Shown in pieces: positions 1 to 9,088 of a stretch of DNA of 25,883 nt. The first letter of the stretch is position 1. Every line of letters begins with the position of its first letter. Both the position numbers and the translations under genes were made by a program. The notes under the pieces are model-generated. The model saw only the letters and a list, made by a program, of their open reading frames with translations. It made no database searches and had not been told where the DNA came from. The stretch comes from an uncultured archaeon (GTDB lineage Archaea; Asgardarchaeota; Lokiarchaeia; Sigyniarchaeales; SOKP01), in the NCBI GenBank assembly GCA_964632315.1, contig CAZWEM010000055.1:1-25883 (forward strand). Direction: 5' to 3'.

Positions 1-1
1 A

Positions 2-268
2 GTTAAATGTGAAAATTTTTCTTTAATTGGTTCAGAGTTCGGTGCTATTGGTCTATTACGTTCCAGAAATTGTCTGGTTGAGGATTGTCAACTTACCAAT
101 GCTATTGAAATCTTTAAATCAATCAATATAATTGTCCAAAATTGTAAGATTGGAACATTGAAGTTGAATAAAGCTCATAATAATAAGATCACAAATAATG
201 AAATTCAAACCTTAATTATTAAGAAATCGTCTGGTAATGTGCTGAAATCTAATGAAGTAAGTGAATAA
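2..268 (+). CDS. 5'-truncated parallel beta-helix (NosD/CASH-like) repeat protein; possibly continues by frameshift to 585
   Basis: Frame 2 is open from the window edge: VKCENFSLIGSEFGAIGLLRSRNCLVEDCQLTNAIEIFKSINIIVQNCKIGTLKLNKAHNNKITNNEIQTLIIKKSSGNVLKSNEVSE*, TAA at 266-268. It has Asn/Cys/Ile-rich beta-helix periodicity and resembles 24983..25639. Absent from the ORF track because it has no start. Confidence 0.65.
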   Translation, partial: VKCENFSLIGSEFGAIGLLRSRNCLVEDCQLTNAIEIFKSINIIVQNCKIGTLKLNKAHNNKITNNEIQTLIIKKSSGNVLKSNEVSE

Positions 269-568
269 TCCAGCCTAAATTTAGAGATGAACTCAATGTT
301 TATATTTATTTTAACTTAAACAATCCTGAGTATCATAATTATAAAAACCTATACTTTGTATTTTGGGTATTTATCATAGAAAATTTTGGGATAAACTTTC
401 TAGGCGGACTATTTGATATATTCATCTTTTTCTTTAAGGAATTCTTAGCAATATCATCTCTAGAAATTAGAAATGTGAACATTTCTGGTATTGGTTTTAT
501 CAAAATAGATGATTGTTCTATTATAACTCTAAGAAAGGAATTAAATAACAATAACTTAATGATTACAA

Positions 569-859
569 ATGAGAGAGATAAGTAAATTTTTACATCCCTC
601 GAATCTTAATAGATTTAAGAAGTATCCTGTTCATTTTTATTTTTGCTATTATAGGAAGCGGTATCAAGAGAATAACGATCTAAAAAAAATTTATGGTGTA
701 CAGTTCCGATTTGAATTTTTACCCGAAGAGAGTAATAAAGAGGATGAAGGAGACTTTGAGACTGTAAGAATAAAAAAATATAGAGAGTTGATTTCTTCAA
801 TCTTGAGAATCTCCAATTTAGAGCTCACAATTGAAAAAAAGAAGGTGGTATTGGTTTAA
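569..859 (+). CDS. hypothetical protein or gene remnant
   Basis: 96-aa ATG ORF with no recognisable motif, in a region that looks decayed. Confidence 0.25.
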   Translation: MREISKFLHPSNLNRFKKYPVHFYFCYYRKRYQENNDLKKIYGVQFRFEFLPEESNKEDEGDFETVRIKKYRELISSILRISNLELTIEKKKVVLV

Positions 860-1054
860 TGTTTTTTGCGTATCTTTTTTTCACAAATCGGTATTCTAAT
901 TGTATCATATCGCTATATAAAAAAATTTTTTCTTGAGAGAGATTGGATTGATAAAGTTAAAGAACTCGCAAGCAAAAATAATGATGATTAATTATAATAA
1001 GGAAGATGACATCAGTTATCTTGGGTTTAGAAAAAAGTTTACTAAAAGTGAGAT

Positions 1055-1699
1055 TTGATGAGATTTGTTGAAAAAAAAGTTAATGAAGCTATAAACAATT
1101 ATTTTAGAAATCAGCAAATTATATTTCAAGTAAAAAGTAGAGTATCACGGTTTTACTCGTTGTTTATTGTATTTTATATCGGTGTTTTGATTTTCTCTTA
1201 TGTCTTTATTATAGTTAGATCGATTATGATGATTTTGTCATTTGATGATTTTCTATGGACTATCTCCCTCACTATATTTTTCGTACCATCATTTTATTTT
1301 TTTCATATTGATTACAACAATTTTTATTTTACCGAGGATCGAATTGTCAGAGTAAGGAGGGTTAACATATTGATCAAAAGAACAGCCCATTTTGAGCAGA
1401 TTGAATATAAAAGTATTAACTTTATTAAGCTTAAGAAAAATCAACATAGTTTAAAACGTCTAACAATTTACCAGCAAGCTGAAAGTTTTTCAAATCTAAA
1501 TGACGATAATAAAAAACTCAAATGGGAATTGCAGTTGCGTGAAGGAAATTTAAATGCTTTTTCTATAAAGTTTAAGCCCAAAAAAGATGCAGAAATTACT
1601 AATAAAATTTTTGTGTATTTAATCCACAGGGCTTCTCTTACAATGCATCCGATATTGAAAGATGTGTACTATTCAAAAACATATGGCTTAATTTCATAG
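1055..1699 (+). CDS. membrane protein, 2 TM helices plus a soluble C-terminal (possibly PH-like) domain
   Basis: Two hydrophobic segments (FYSLFIVFYIGVLIFSYVFIIV; FLWTISLTIFFVPSFYFF), then FYFTEDRIVRV...IEYKSINFIKL, a pattern typical of bacterial-PH-like domains. Confidence 0.6.
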   Translation: MMRFVEKKVNEAINNYFRNQQIIFQVKSRVSRFYSLFIVFYIGVLIFSYVFIIVRSIMMILSFDDFLWTISLTIFFVPSFYFFHIDYNNFYFTEDRIVRVRRVNILIKRTAHFEQIEYKSINFIKLKKNQHSLKRLTIYQQAESFSNLNDDNKKLKWELQLREGNLNAFSIKFKPKKDAEITNKIFVYLIHRASLTMHPILKDVYYSKTYGLIS

Positions 1700-1860
1700 T
1701 ATAATATTTAGGATAGCATGTTTAAACTTTCATTTACCGCGTTTATTTTATAATAAGTTAATGGAGTTGAATGCATTTTAAGACCTAAATGAAAGGATAT
1801 ATTTTTATATGAATGAGGACAGAAAATGATCACAACAAAAATAAATAGAAGGTGAGAGAT

Positions 1861-2319
1861 ATGAAAGTGCTTATTGTCTATGAAACGAAATATGGCAACA
1901 CCCAAAAATGTGCTGAAGCAATTGGAGAGGTTCTTGAAGGTGCGGGTAATGAAGTTACTGTGAACAAGGTTGATACTGTCCAGATGGATAGCATAAAAGA
2001 TTATGGGGCTATCGTGGTAGGTTCTCCCACGTATGCGAGCAGTCCGGCTAGAAGTATTAAGAAATTTATTTCTTCCTTGAAAGTGGAACCAGGTACAAAA
2101 GTAGTTGTTTTTGACACGCATTCCGGAGATGGTGTCTCTACTGGAGGAGCCATGAGGAAATCGATGGAAAAGATGGAAAAGCAAATTGCGAAGAATGCCA
2201 ACTTAACCAAAATTATGACTGGATTGAAGATTGCCGTCAATGGTATAAAGGGGCCTTTAGTAGAAGGGGAACTTGAAAAATGTAAGGCTTTTGCGAAGGA
2301 AATCGCGGAAAAATTATAG
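1861..2319 (+). CDS. flavodoxin family protein
   Basis: MKVLIVYETKYGNTQKCAEAI (FMN phosphate loop), IVVGSPTY, VVVFDT. GAAGGTGA RBS at ~1848-1855 favours ATG 1861 over GTG 1852. Confidence 0.9.
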   Translation: MKVLIVYETKYGNTQKCAEAIGEVLEGAGNEVTVNKVDTVQMDSIKDYGAIVVGSPTYASSPARSIKKFISSLKVEPGTKVVVFDTHSGDGVSTGGAMRKSMEKMEKQIAKNANLTKIMTGLKIAVNGIKGPLVEGELEKCKAFAKEIAEKL

Positions 2320-2407
2320 GGCTGGCTAATACATTTCCTGCCACTTTAATGGACGCGATGGTTCACTTTATGATGATATCAATCTAAAAAGTTAGAATGG
2401 TTAGGAT

Positions 2408-2662
2408 TTACTGATGAATGATGAACATCACAATAAAAATGATGAAAAAGAAGATAAAAACTAGGGTGCTGAATAAACTCCCCTTTGCAGTTCCTTCTTC
2501 TTCCATCATCCTCCTATCATGATAATATTCATCCCATTCATCCCAATCATTCCATTCTTCCCAATCTTGTAATTCCTCGTTAAACTCAACTTGATTATCA
2601 TCAATATAATCTATTTGATCTTCGTCATTTGGTTTGTCCCTAACTGGTTCTTCCATAACCAT
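2408..2662 (-). CDS. small acidic low-complexity protein with a C-terminal TM anchor
   Basis: D/E/W-rich N-terminal region (EELQDWEEWNDWDEWDEYY) and a C-terminal hydrophobic helix (LFSTLVFIFFFIIFIVMFII). GGAGGG just upstream favours ATG 2662/2656 over the track's TTG at 2704. Confidence 0.6.
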   Translation of the reverse strand: MVMEEPVRDKPNDEDQIDYIDDNQVEFNEELQDWEEWNDWDEWDEYYHDRRMMEEEGTAKGSLFSTLVFIFFFIIFIVMFIIHQ

Positions 2663-3027
2663 ATTATCTACCCTCCATAGATTTCTATGGAATAAATATT
2701 TCAATTAAACATTTATACTTTTGCCTAATAAAAAAAGATTGCAATGGTGTGGGCAAATATATTGAATGGCTTTAAAAGCCTATTAACTTTTGTTTCCGCG
2801 TCTATAATAGACATATTGAACGGCTATAGGATAATTTATCAAAAAGCAATGTAAAATGATACAAGGTTAACTGAAAAGAGAGTTAATTTCAAATCTAGTC
2901 ATAAAATAGATAAAATTAAGAGCTTTATCAAAGAAGCAGATAAAATGCAAAAAAAAATTAATGAGAAATACAAATATAAAATCGATAATATTATTTTAAT
3001 ATTTTAAAAAGTGGAGAGGAATTAATA

Positions 3028-3355
3028 ATAGTAAAAGAAACTTTATCAGAAAAAGAAAAATTAAACTTGGAAGTTTTTGAGACTTGGGTCAAGTGTTGGA
3101 ATATTCCTGGTTTAGGAGCAGAAAATATAGTTGATGAACTTTATGCAGAAAATGTGTAAGATAGATATAGTGTGGAAAATTGTGAAAGGCAATACAATTA
3201 TTCTGGAAGCTAAAACTTACTTCATCATAATTAATGGTGAGGAGAGACATCGAGGATTTGTAGCAATTCTTACATTTGAAAATGGCAAGATAATAAGAGA
3301 CCATACATACTTGAGAGATGTATATCCACTTACCTCAAAGACCAAAAGTCAATAA
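3028..3355 (+). pseudogene. SnoaL/NTF2-like protein, frameshifted and apparently internally deleted
   Basis: Frame 1 (3028-3159) gives IVKETLSEKEKLNLEVFETWVKCWNIPGLGAENIVDELYAENV*, a SnoaL-like N-terminus with no in-frame ATG. Frame 2 continues KIDIVWKIVKGNTIILEAK...GFVAILTFENGKIIRDHTY, a SnoaL-like C-terminus. Confidence 0.65.
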
Positions 3356-3439
3356 AATTAAGAGATTATATAAATCAGTCTAATTCTTAATAATTGAATA
3401 AAAAATAGATTAAAGCTAATTTGAAAGTGATAAGTAATA

Positions 3440-4669
3440 ATGAATGAAGATAAGAATGTTAAAAAACTGAAGAAGGTTGGATTACTCAACCAAAAAAAGC
3501 CAATTTTTAGCAGTCCAATTGAGCACGTCCATACAGCTAGTCTCATAATTGCTGGTTGTGCTTGGATAGAAACTACTGAGGGAGTTGTTTTGATTGATAC
3601 ATTACTTAATGAGGCCGCTGGGAAGGAAGTTTTCAAGAAAATTCAAGGTAAAATTAAATACATCATATATACTCATGGTCATGGGGATCATGTGGGAGGG
3701 GCAAGAGCGTTCATATCTGATAACCCCAAAATAATAGCAAATAAATACCTTATCGATCGATTTGAAAAATATAATATGCTTGCACCATATAGAGGACATA
3801 TTACTGCTGTTCAATTTAACATACCAGAATCTCCTCGAGAAGCTAATTATGTTCGCCCTACTGAAACTTTTTTGGGCGAAATGAAGATAAATTTAGGGGA
3901 TAAAACCTTCGAATTATATACTGAACGAGCGGAAACTGATGATGTTACATGGGTATATGTCCCCGAATTAAACGCAGCTTTTATTGGTGATTTGCTGATT
4001 GGGAGTTTTCCAAATATTGGTAATCCTTGGAAACCTACTAGATTTGCATTAGATTGGGCAAAAGCTTTGGAAAAAGTAAGAGCAAAAGAACCCTATCATG
4101 TGTTTTATAATGGAGCAGGTAACCATTATAAAGGTAAAAGAGCATTAGCTGCGTTAGATACAAATATCGAATTAATAAGATCATTGCATGATCAAGTTGT
4201 GAAATATATTAACGAGGGAATGCATATCTCAGAGATGATTCATGCTGTCAAGGTTCCGGAGCACCTTGATAAAAATCCTTATTTAAAAAAATTATATTCT
4301 AGACCAGAATTCTTTGTTTACAATGTATATCGATGGTATCATGGATATTTTGATGACAATCCTGCACACCTCATTCCACAACCAGAAAAAGAAGTGATGA
4401 ATGAAATTTTTAACCTAATAGGAAGTGAAGAAAAGGTAATTGATAAATCAAAAGAACTGTATGATGATAAAAAATTTCAACTTTCATTACAAATACTAGA
4501 TATTCTCCTCCAAGTTAATCCCGAGCATATTCAAGCGAGGAAATTAAGAATAAAGCTACTTCAAAAACTAAGCGCGATGGACTACTGTTACATGTCAAGA
4601 AATGCGTGGATATATTATGCTGATAGAGATAGAGATTTTTTAAAAAATAAAGGGATCCATTTTCCATAA
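3440..4669 (+). CDS. alkyl/aryl-sulfatase-like metallo-beta-lactamase-fold hydrolase with dimerisation domain
   Basis: GVVLIDT, YTHGHGDH (HxHxDH), AETDD, FIGDL, FPNIGNP, and YRWYHGYFDDNPAHL typical of the SdsA1-type dimerisation region. Confidence 0.85.
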   Translation: MNEDKNVKKLKKVGLLNQKKPIFSSPIEHVHTASLIIAGCAWIETTEGVVLIDTLLNEAAGKEVFKKIQGKIKYIIYTHGHGDHVGGARAFISDNPKIIANKYLIDRFEKYNMLAPYRGHITAVQFNIPESPREANYVRPTETFLGEMKINLGDKTFELYTERAETDDVTWVYVPELNAAFIGDLLIGSFPNIGNPWKPTRFALDWAKALEKVRAKEPYHVFYNGAGNHYKGKRALAALDTNIELIRSLHDQVVKYINEGMHISEMIHAVKVPEHLDKNPYLKKLYSRPEFFVYNVYRWYHGYFDDNPAHLIPQPEKEVMNEIFNLIGSEEKVIDKSKELYDDKKFQLSLQILDILLQVNPEHIQARKLRIKLLQKLSAMDYCYMSRNAWIYYADRDRDFLKNKGIHFP

Positions 4670-4825
4670 TAAAAAAGAATCTATTGTTTACTTTTTTCAA
4701 TTTTCCCGTAATTTGGAGAATTTTTCCATTATCAATTAATCCGAATAATCTTACCTTGTTAATCGATTAATTCTTTCATCAATAAAGAGAATTTAAACTT
4801 GAAAGAATTTGAAAGAAGGTTTAAT

Positions 4826-5341
4826 TTAGATTTTATTTCCACATGAATGGCAGGTAATTTCTCCTTTTGAAAGTGGGCTTCCACAATATTTGCAATAGGG
4901 AAATTTCTCTTCATAACTATTAACGATGTGTTCTATCCTAGCTGTGATCCCAACACCTCCGGCATCTCCATCTGGAGGTTTAAAATCAAAAGGAAAGGGA
5001 AGTCCTCCTTCCTTAAAATCCTGCATTGAGTCAAGCCGGACTTCTGAAGTGGTGGAAACCATTAATACGGTCCTTTTTCCAGTATCCTTTGCTAAGATAT
5101 AGCCATTCTTTCCTTTAAGATATAATTGTTCAAAGGTTCCCTTAGCCATTTCATCAGCGGCAAGTTTTGAAATGGCAACTAATGACGCGATCATTGGTGC
5201 GGCTTTAATATCATCAAGATCATATCGAAATTTAGAGGCAACAGGAAATCCTGTAGCAGAAATAAACGCTGCTCCATTGATTTCTGGATAAGTTTCAAAA
5301 ATTTCATTAAGAATGTTTTCAAAATCGTCTAATTTAACCAT
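4826..5341 (-). CDS. Roadblock/LC7 domain protein with C-terminal zinc ribbon
   Basis: INGAAFISATGFPVAS...AAPMIASLVAISKLAADEMAKGTFEQLYLKGKNGYIL matches the Roadblock/MglB pattern. The C-terminus carries CKYCG-x9-CHSCG. Confidence 0.88.
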   Translation of the reverse strand: MVKLDDFENILNEIFETYPEINGAAFISATGFPVASKFRYDLDDIKAAPMIASLVAISKLAADEMAKGTFEQLYLKGKNGYILAKDTGKRTVLMVSTTSEVRLDSMQDFKEGGLPFPFDFKPPDGDAGGVGITARIEHIVNSYEEKFPYCKYCGSPLSKGEITCHSCGNKI

Positions 5342-5609
5342 CTTATTGTCACTTAACCAAATTTATCATTTAATTTTTTCAATTGGGATAAATTGACTAA
5401 TTACCTATCTAATATAAACGCTGAATATTTCTCAATATTTACTATCAATAGGGATCTGTCCCAGATAGTTCGGTTAGAATTGCTGGAAATAATGTAAAAT
5501 TTTCGTTTCTACTGATAAATATGTCAAGCTTTTTTATCAACTTATCTATCAATTTAGGTATATTCTTAGAAATAAACTGAGATTTTATGAATAAAAAAAA
5601 GAAAAAAAG

Positions 5610-6491
5610 TTAATCTCGTCCTAATGGATCCACCAATTTTCCAGTAATTCCGAATTTTTCAGCCCACTTTTTCACGAACTTATTACGCCTCTCATAAGTA
5701 TAGTCTTGAAGTATTACCATTGGTACCATAAATAAAGCGACGATAAAGGGCATTATTGGCCATAGAAGAAGGTTAACAAGATATATCATAGCCCCAAAGT
5801 CTTGAATTGAGCCGAGATAATTAGAGATTAGCAGAATAATGCTAATGATGATCGAAATCCCTGCGTATCCTTTAAGGAAGTACAAATAGTATCCTCCCAT
5901 AGATCTAAGTTCAATTGGAAAAGCTCCCCTCTTGACTTTTTTTTGTTCTTTATTAGTATACTCAATCCCAGAATCGATTATGAAGAAGGTCGCTGAAAAG
6001 ACACCAATACCAATTGCGGAGGTTACGGGAAGAAGAATAAAAAGAGTAAGGATTTGTTTCACCACTCCAGTTGTACCACTTATAAAAGCCTCAGAAAATA
6101 TGAAATCATGAACCATCGGTTCATCACTTAAAAGAATTGCAACATTCATAGCCATGAGAGCTGGAAAAAGAGAATATAGGAACGCCCCTTTAAACTCATT
6201 AGGCCTCGTCCTCTCAGTGATGCCGTATATAAAACTCCTTCCAACTGTTTTTTTATGAAGATAAATTAAAAAGGGAGTTAGGAGATATCCTCCCAAAAAA
6301 TAGGCCACAATGGAGAAAATTGGAATTAACAAGAAGATCAAAATGGTATCAGCGAAATGATTGTGTGTTAAAATAGTATATATGCTAAAAGAGCCAATAG
6401 TTTGTGAACTTATTACAAACAAAGATCCCAGAGCAACTAGAAAAATTATCCAGATTATTATCCAAGTTCTATATCTTTTTAAAGAATTCAA
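5610..6491 (-). CDS. polytopic membrane protein (~6 TM), function unknown
   Basis: 293-aa ORF with about six long hydrophobic segments separated by charged loops. Confidence 0.75.
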   Translation of the reverse strand: MNSLKRYRTWIIIWIIFLVALGSLFVISSQTIGSFSIYTILTHNHFADTILIFLLIPIFSIVAYFLGGYLLTPFLIYLHKKTVGRSFIYGITERTRPNEFKGAFLYSLFPALMAMNVAILLSDEPMVHDFIFSEAFISGTTGVVKQILTLFILLPVTSAIGIGVFSATFFIIDSGIEYTNKEQKKVKRGAFPIELRSMGGYYLYFLKGYAGISIIISIILLISNYLGSIQDFGAMIYLVNLLLWPIMPFIVALFMVPMVILQDYTYERRNKFVKKWAEKFGITGKLVDPLGRD

Positions 6492-6602
6492 TTTGGTATC
6501 AAATTTTCATATATCATTTTAATGATACATTTTTAGTTCCCAATGAATTTAAAAGTTCAATATTGGCTGGACTAAATTGTAAAAAAGAGAAATTAAGAAA
6601 AA

Positions 6603-8891
6603 TTACTTCATATATTCTTGCTTTTCTAGAGGGACAAATATCCCTTTCTTGATTAATTGAAGAGTGACTTGGTAATCTCTTGGTTTGCACGCATTTTCGG
6701 GGATAAGATAGAGAAAATAGAAATAGGGAAAGTTATTTTCATTCATGAATTTCTTTGCTTTTTTAACCATATCTTTCTCGTCTTGAGTGAGTTTCATGTC
6801 CTTTTTGAGTGAAATAGTAAGTGGATAGAGTAAACTAATGTTTAGATCACTTTCGACTAACTTTCCCATACCTCTGAACGGTTTCAAATTTCCCTTAAAA
6901 TTATCAATGAGCTTTCCATAATACTTGTATATGTGATATGCTAATGATTCAATTGCATAAAAGAAGTTTTCAGAAGGATGTTGATTCATAATTATGATTA
7001 AACGTAAATTGATAAACTCTGTCATTATGATAATGGAATCTTTATATTCAACTTTAACAGTCTTAGAATTTTTTGCTCCAGCAATGACTTCTACTCCAAA
7101 ATTGTGAATTGCATGAAGAAACCCAGAAATAAGGGTTGGTTCCAGTTCCTTTTTCTCAAAAGATTTTGAATAGAGATCAATTCCCGTCTTTATATCCAGA
7201 ACTATAATGTGTCTTACATTCATTATATCATTGCATTGTTCTAAAATTCTTTGGAGTTTATCTTTACGTTTAGATTCAACCTTTCTAATTGTCACATAAC
7301 TTGAACCTCCAATAATTACAGCTCCAGCAATAATAAATCCTAGGATGTAGAAGAAAGAAAAATCTTGTCCCGGATTAGTTGTAGCACTTTTGGATATGAA
7401 AAAGCTTTGAGAAACCATTCCTGCGTCGGTTTCATTATTCCAGAGTATATAAGCTTTATAAACGCCTTCAAGTGAATGTGATGGAATTTCATAGGTGAAT
7501 AATTTGGAATCTGAAGGAATCTGTCTGACAGTCCTATATTTCTCGAGACCAATTGGATCTAGTAAAACCCACGTGTAGTTACCGGGCAATACTTTAGATA
7601 CTGAAAATCTTAACTCTTGACCAACGTCAAAATCTGTCTTAGGAACGGTAAGGTTAAAATTCACTGTAGGTGAATTTGCTAATATCTCCCATTGTGCTCC
7701 ATTTTCAATTAAAGTGCTTGGAATTGTAATAGAATGATTCAATGAATAAAAAATTACATTTGTACTAACATCTTGTTGATTTTTATAAACTTTTAGGTTA
7801 GACCAGCTACTTGGATATGTAAAGTGTATTTGTTGGTCATCTGAAAGCTTGATAAAATTTGGAGTGATACTCCATTCATTAGATTCATTTATCTTTGATC
7901 GTAATAAACCTGGAGCAGCAAAATGATTAAAAATTGTAAATTTATAATTAAAATCGAATTTTAGTTGATTGGTACTATTATTTTTAACTTCAATTAAAAC
8001 CTTATTTTTATTTGCTTTAAAATTAATATTCTGTCGTTTTAAATATCCTTTCCCATGTGTATTGCCATTTAAGACATGATATGATTTACCATCAAGTTCA
8101 GCAGTCATATTTATTTCTTCAGGATATATCGAAGTATTGAATTTTTGAATCAATTTATGGAGAAATGGCGCTCCCGATGAACCAACAATCCATTCTGATG
8201 AATTGTATTCAGAAACATATAATTGACTATTAATCGGATCAATTGAGTTATACGCCCAATAAAACCCTGCTTCATTAATTATTGCATAGGTAGGAAGAGA
8301 AGTCCCATCAATTACTAAGGAATAGTTTCCAGGATATAAGAAAATTGGAGAACTAAAATTTTGTAATTGCCAACCTGGTGTAGAGTTAAAACTTAAATCA
8401 GTTGACAGATAGAGGTCTGCATTAGGTTTATTTTCCAAAGCATCAAATCCTCTAATTTGTAATTGTGGAATTCCAGGATGTGATAAATTATATCCATAAA
8501 GATATAGACCATATAAAAGCGTTGGAGTGTTAAATACCATTTGTACTGCTAATCCAAAAAGATGATGAGCGGGATTTTTATTATAAACTCTTTTATAAGT
8601 GTCGTGAGAAGAATCTCCTTCAATGTTTTTAATTTCGTGTTCGAATTCAATCTTTGAAAAATTTAATTCAATATCTTTTACTTCCCATCCTGCTGAGGGT
8701 AAATTTACATCTACATAATTAGAATTATTATAAAAACCTTCGGTTGTTGAATCTTCGCTAAATTGGAACCTTACAGGTGTAATTAAGGATAGATCATCCT
8801 CATTTGATTTCGTTATTTTGATTGGTATCAAAATTAAAAAAAGGCTTAAGATGCATAGAATCAATGATATTTTTCGTATTAGGGACTTCAT
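6603..8891 (-). CDS. single-pass membrane protein: signal peptide, large beta-rich ectodomain, TM helix, cytoplasmic longin-like domain
   Basis: N-terminal signal/anchor ISLILCILSLFLILIPI; ~480 aa rich in Asn/Ser/aromatics with many N-x-S/T sequons; TM FFYILGFIIAGAVIIGGSSYVTI; then RHIIVLDIKTGIDLYSKSF...PTLISGFLHAIHNFGVEV...VEYKDSIIIM...LRLIIIM, a longin-like pattern seen in Asgard proteins. Confidence 0.8.
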   Translation of the reverse strand: MKSLIRKISLILCILSLFLILIPIKITKSNEDDLSLITPVRFQFSEDSTTEGFYNNSNYVDVNLPSAGWEVKDIELNFSKIEFEHEIKNIEGDSSHDTYKRVYNKNPAHHLFGLAVQMVFNTPTLLYGLYLYGYNLSHPGIPQLQIRGFDALENKPNADLYLSTDLSFNSTPGWQLQNFSSPIFLYPGNYSLVIDGTSLPTYAIINEAGFYWAYNSIDPINSQLYVSEYNSSEWIVGSSGAPFLHKLIQKFNTSIYPEEINMTAELDGKSYHVLNGNTHGKGYLKRQNINFKANKNKVLIEVKNNSTNQLKFDFNYKFTIFNHFAAPGLLRSKINESNEWSITPNFIKLSDDQQIHFTYPSSWSNLKVYKNQQDVSTNVIFYSLNHSITIPSTLIENGAQWEILANSPTVNFNLTVPKTDFDVGQELRFSVSKVLPGNYTWVLLDPIGLEKYRTVRQIPSDSKLFTYEIPSHSLEGVYKAYILWNNETDAGMVSQSFFISKSATTNPGQDFSFFYILGFIIAGAVIIGGSSYVTIRKVESKRKDKLQRILEQCNDIMNVRHIIVLDIKTGIDLYSKSFEKKELEPTLISGFLHAIHNFGVEVIAGAKNSKTVKVEYKDSIIIMTEFINLRLIIIMNQHPSENFFYAIESLAYHIYKYYGKLIDNFKGNLKPFRGMGKLVESDLNISLLYPLTISLKKDMKLTQDEKDMVKKAKKFMNENNFPYFYFLYLIPENACKPRDYQVTLQLIKKGIFVPLEKQEYMK

Positions 8892-9088
8892 TTCAACTTT
8901 TTAGATTTCTTGTTTGGATCATTAAAATATGGACATGGCTAAAATATATAATTATTGGTTTTAGTCCAACAAAGAATTATCTAAAATTCGAGAATATGAT
9001 AAGCAGTTTTAATATTGAGCAGTATTTGACAAAAAAAGATTAATATTCTTAAACCAATACATAAAAAAAAAGAAATTATTTATTATTC

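Noticed and set aside
1708-2240. Minus-strand ORFs of 158 aa and 79 aa
   Set aside because: They are antisense shadows of the well-supported flavodoxin gene and have no motifs.
5441-5469. Small hairpin ACTATC-aata-GGGA-tctg-TCCC-a-GATAGT upstream of the Roadblock gene
   Set aside because: It is short and interrupted and matches no RNA family I recognise. It could be an operator but cannot be supported.
3089-9043. Track ORFs at 3089, 3358, 3602, 4515, 6404, 7340 and 8822
   Set aside because: They overlap better-supported genes on the other strand or frame and have no recognisable features.
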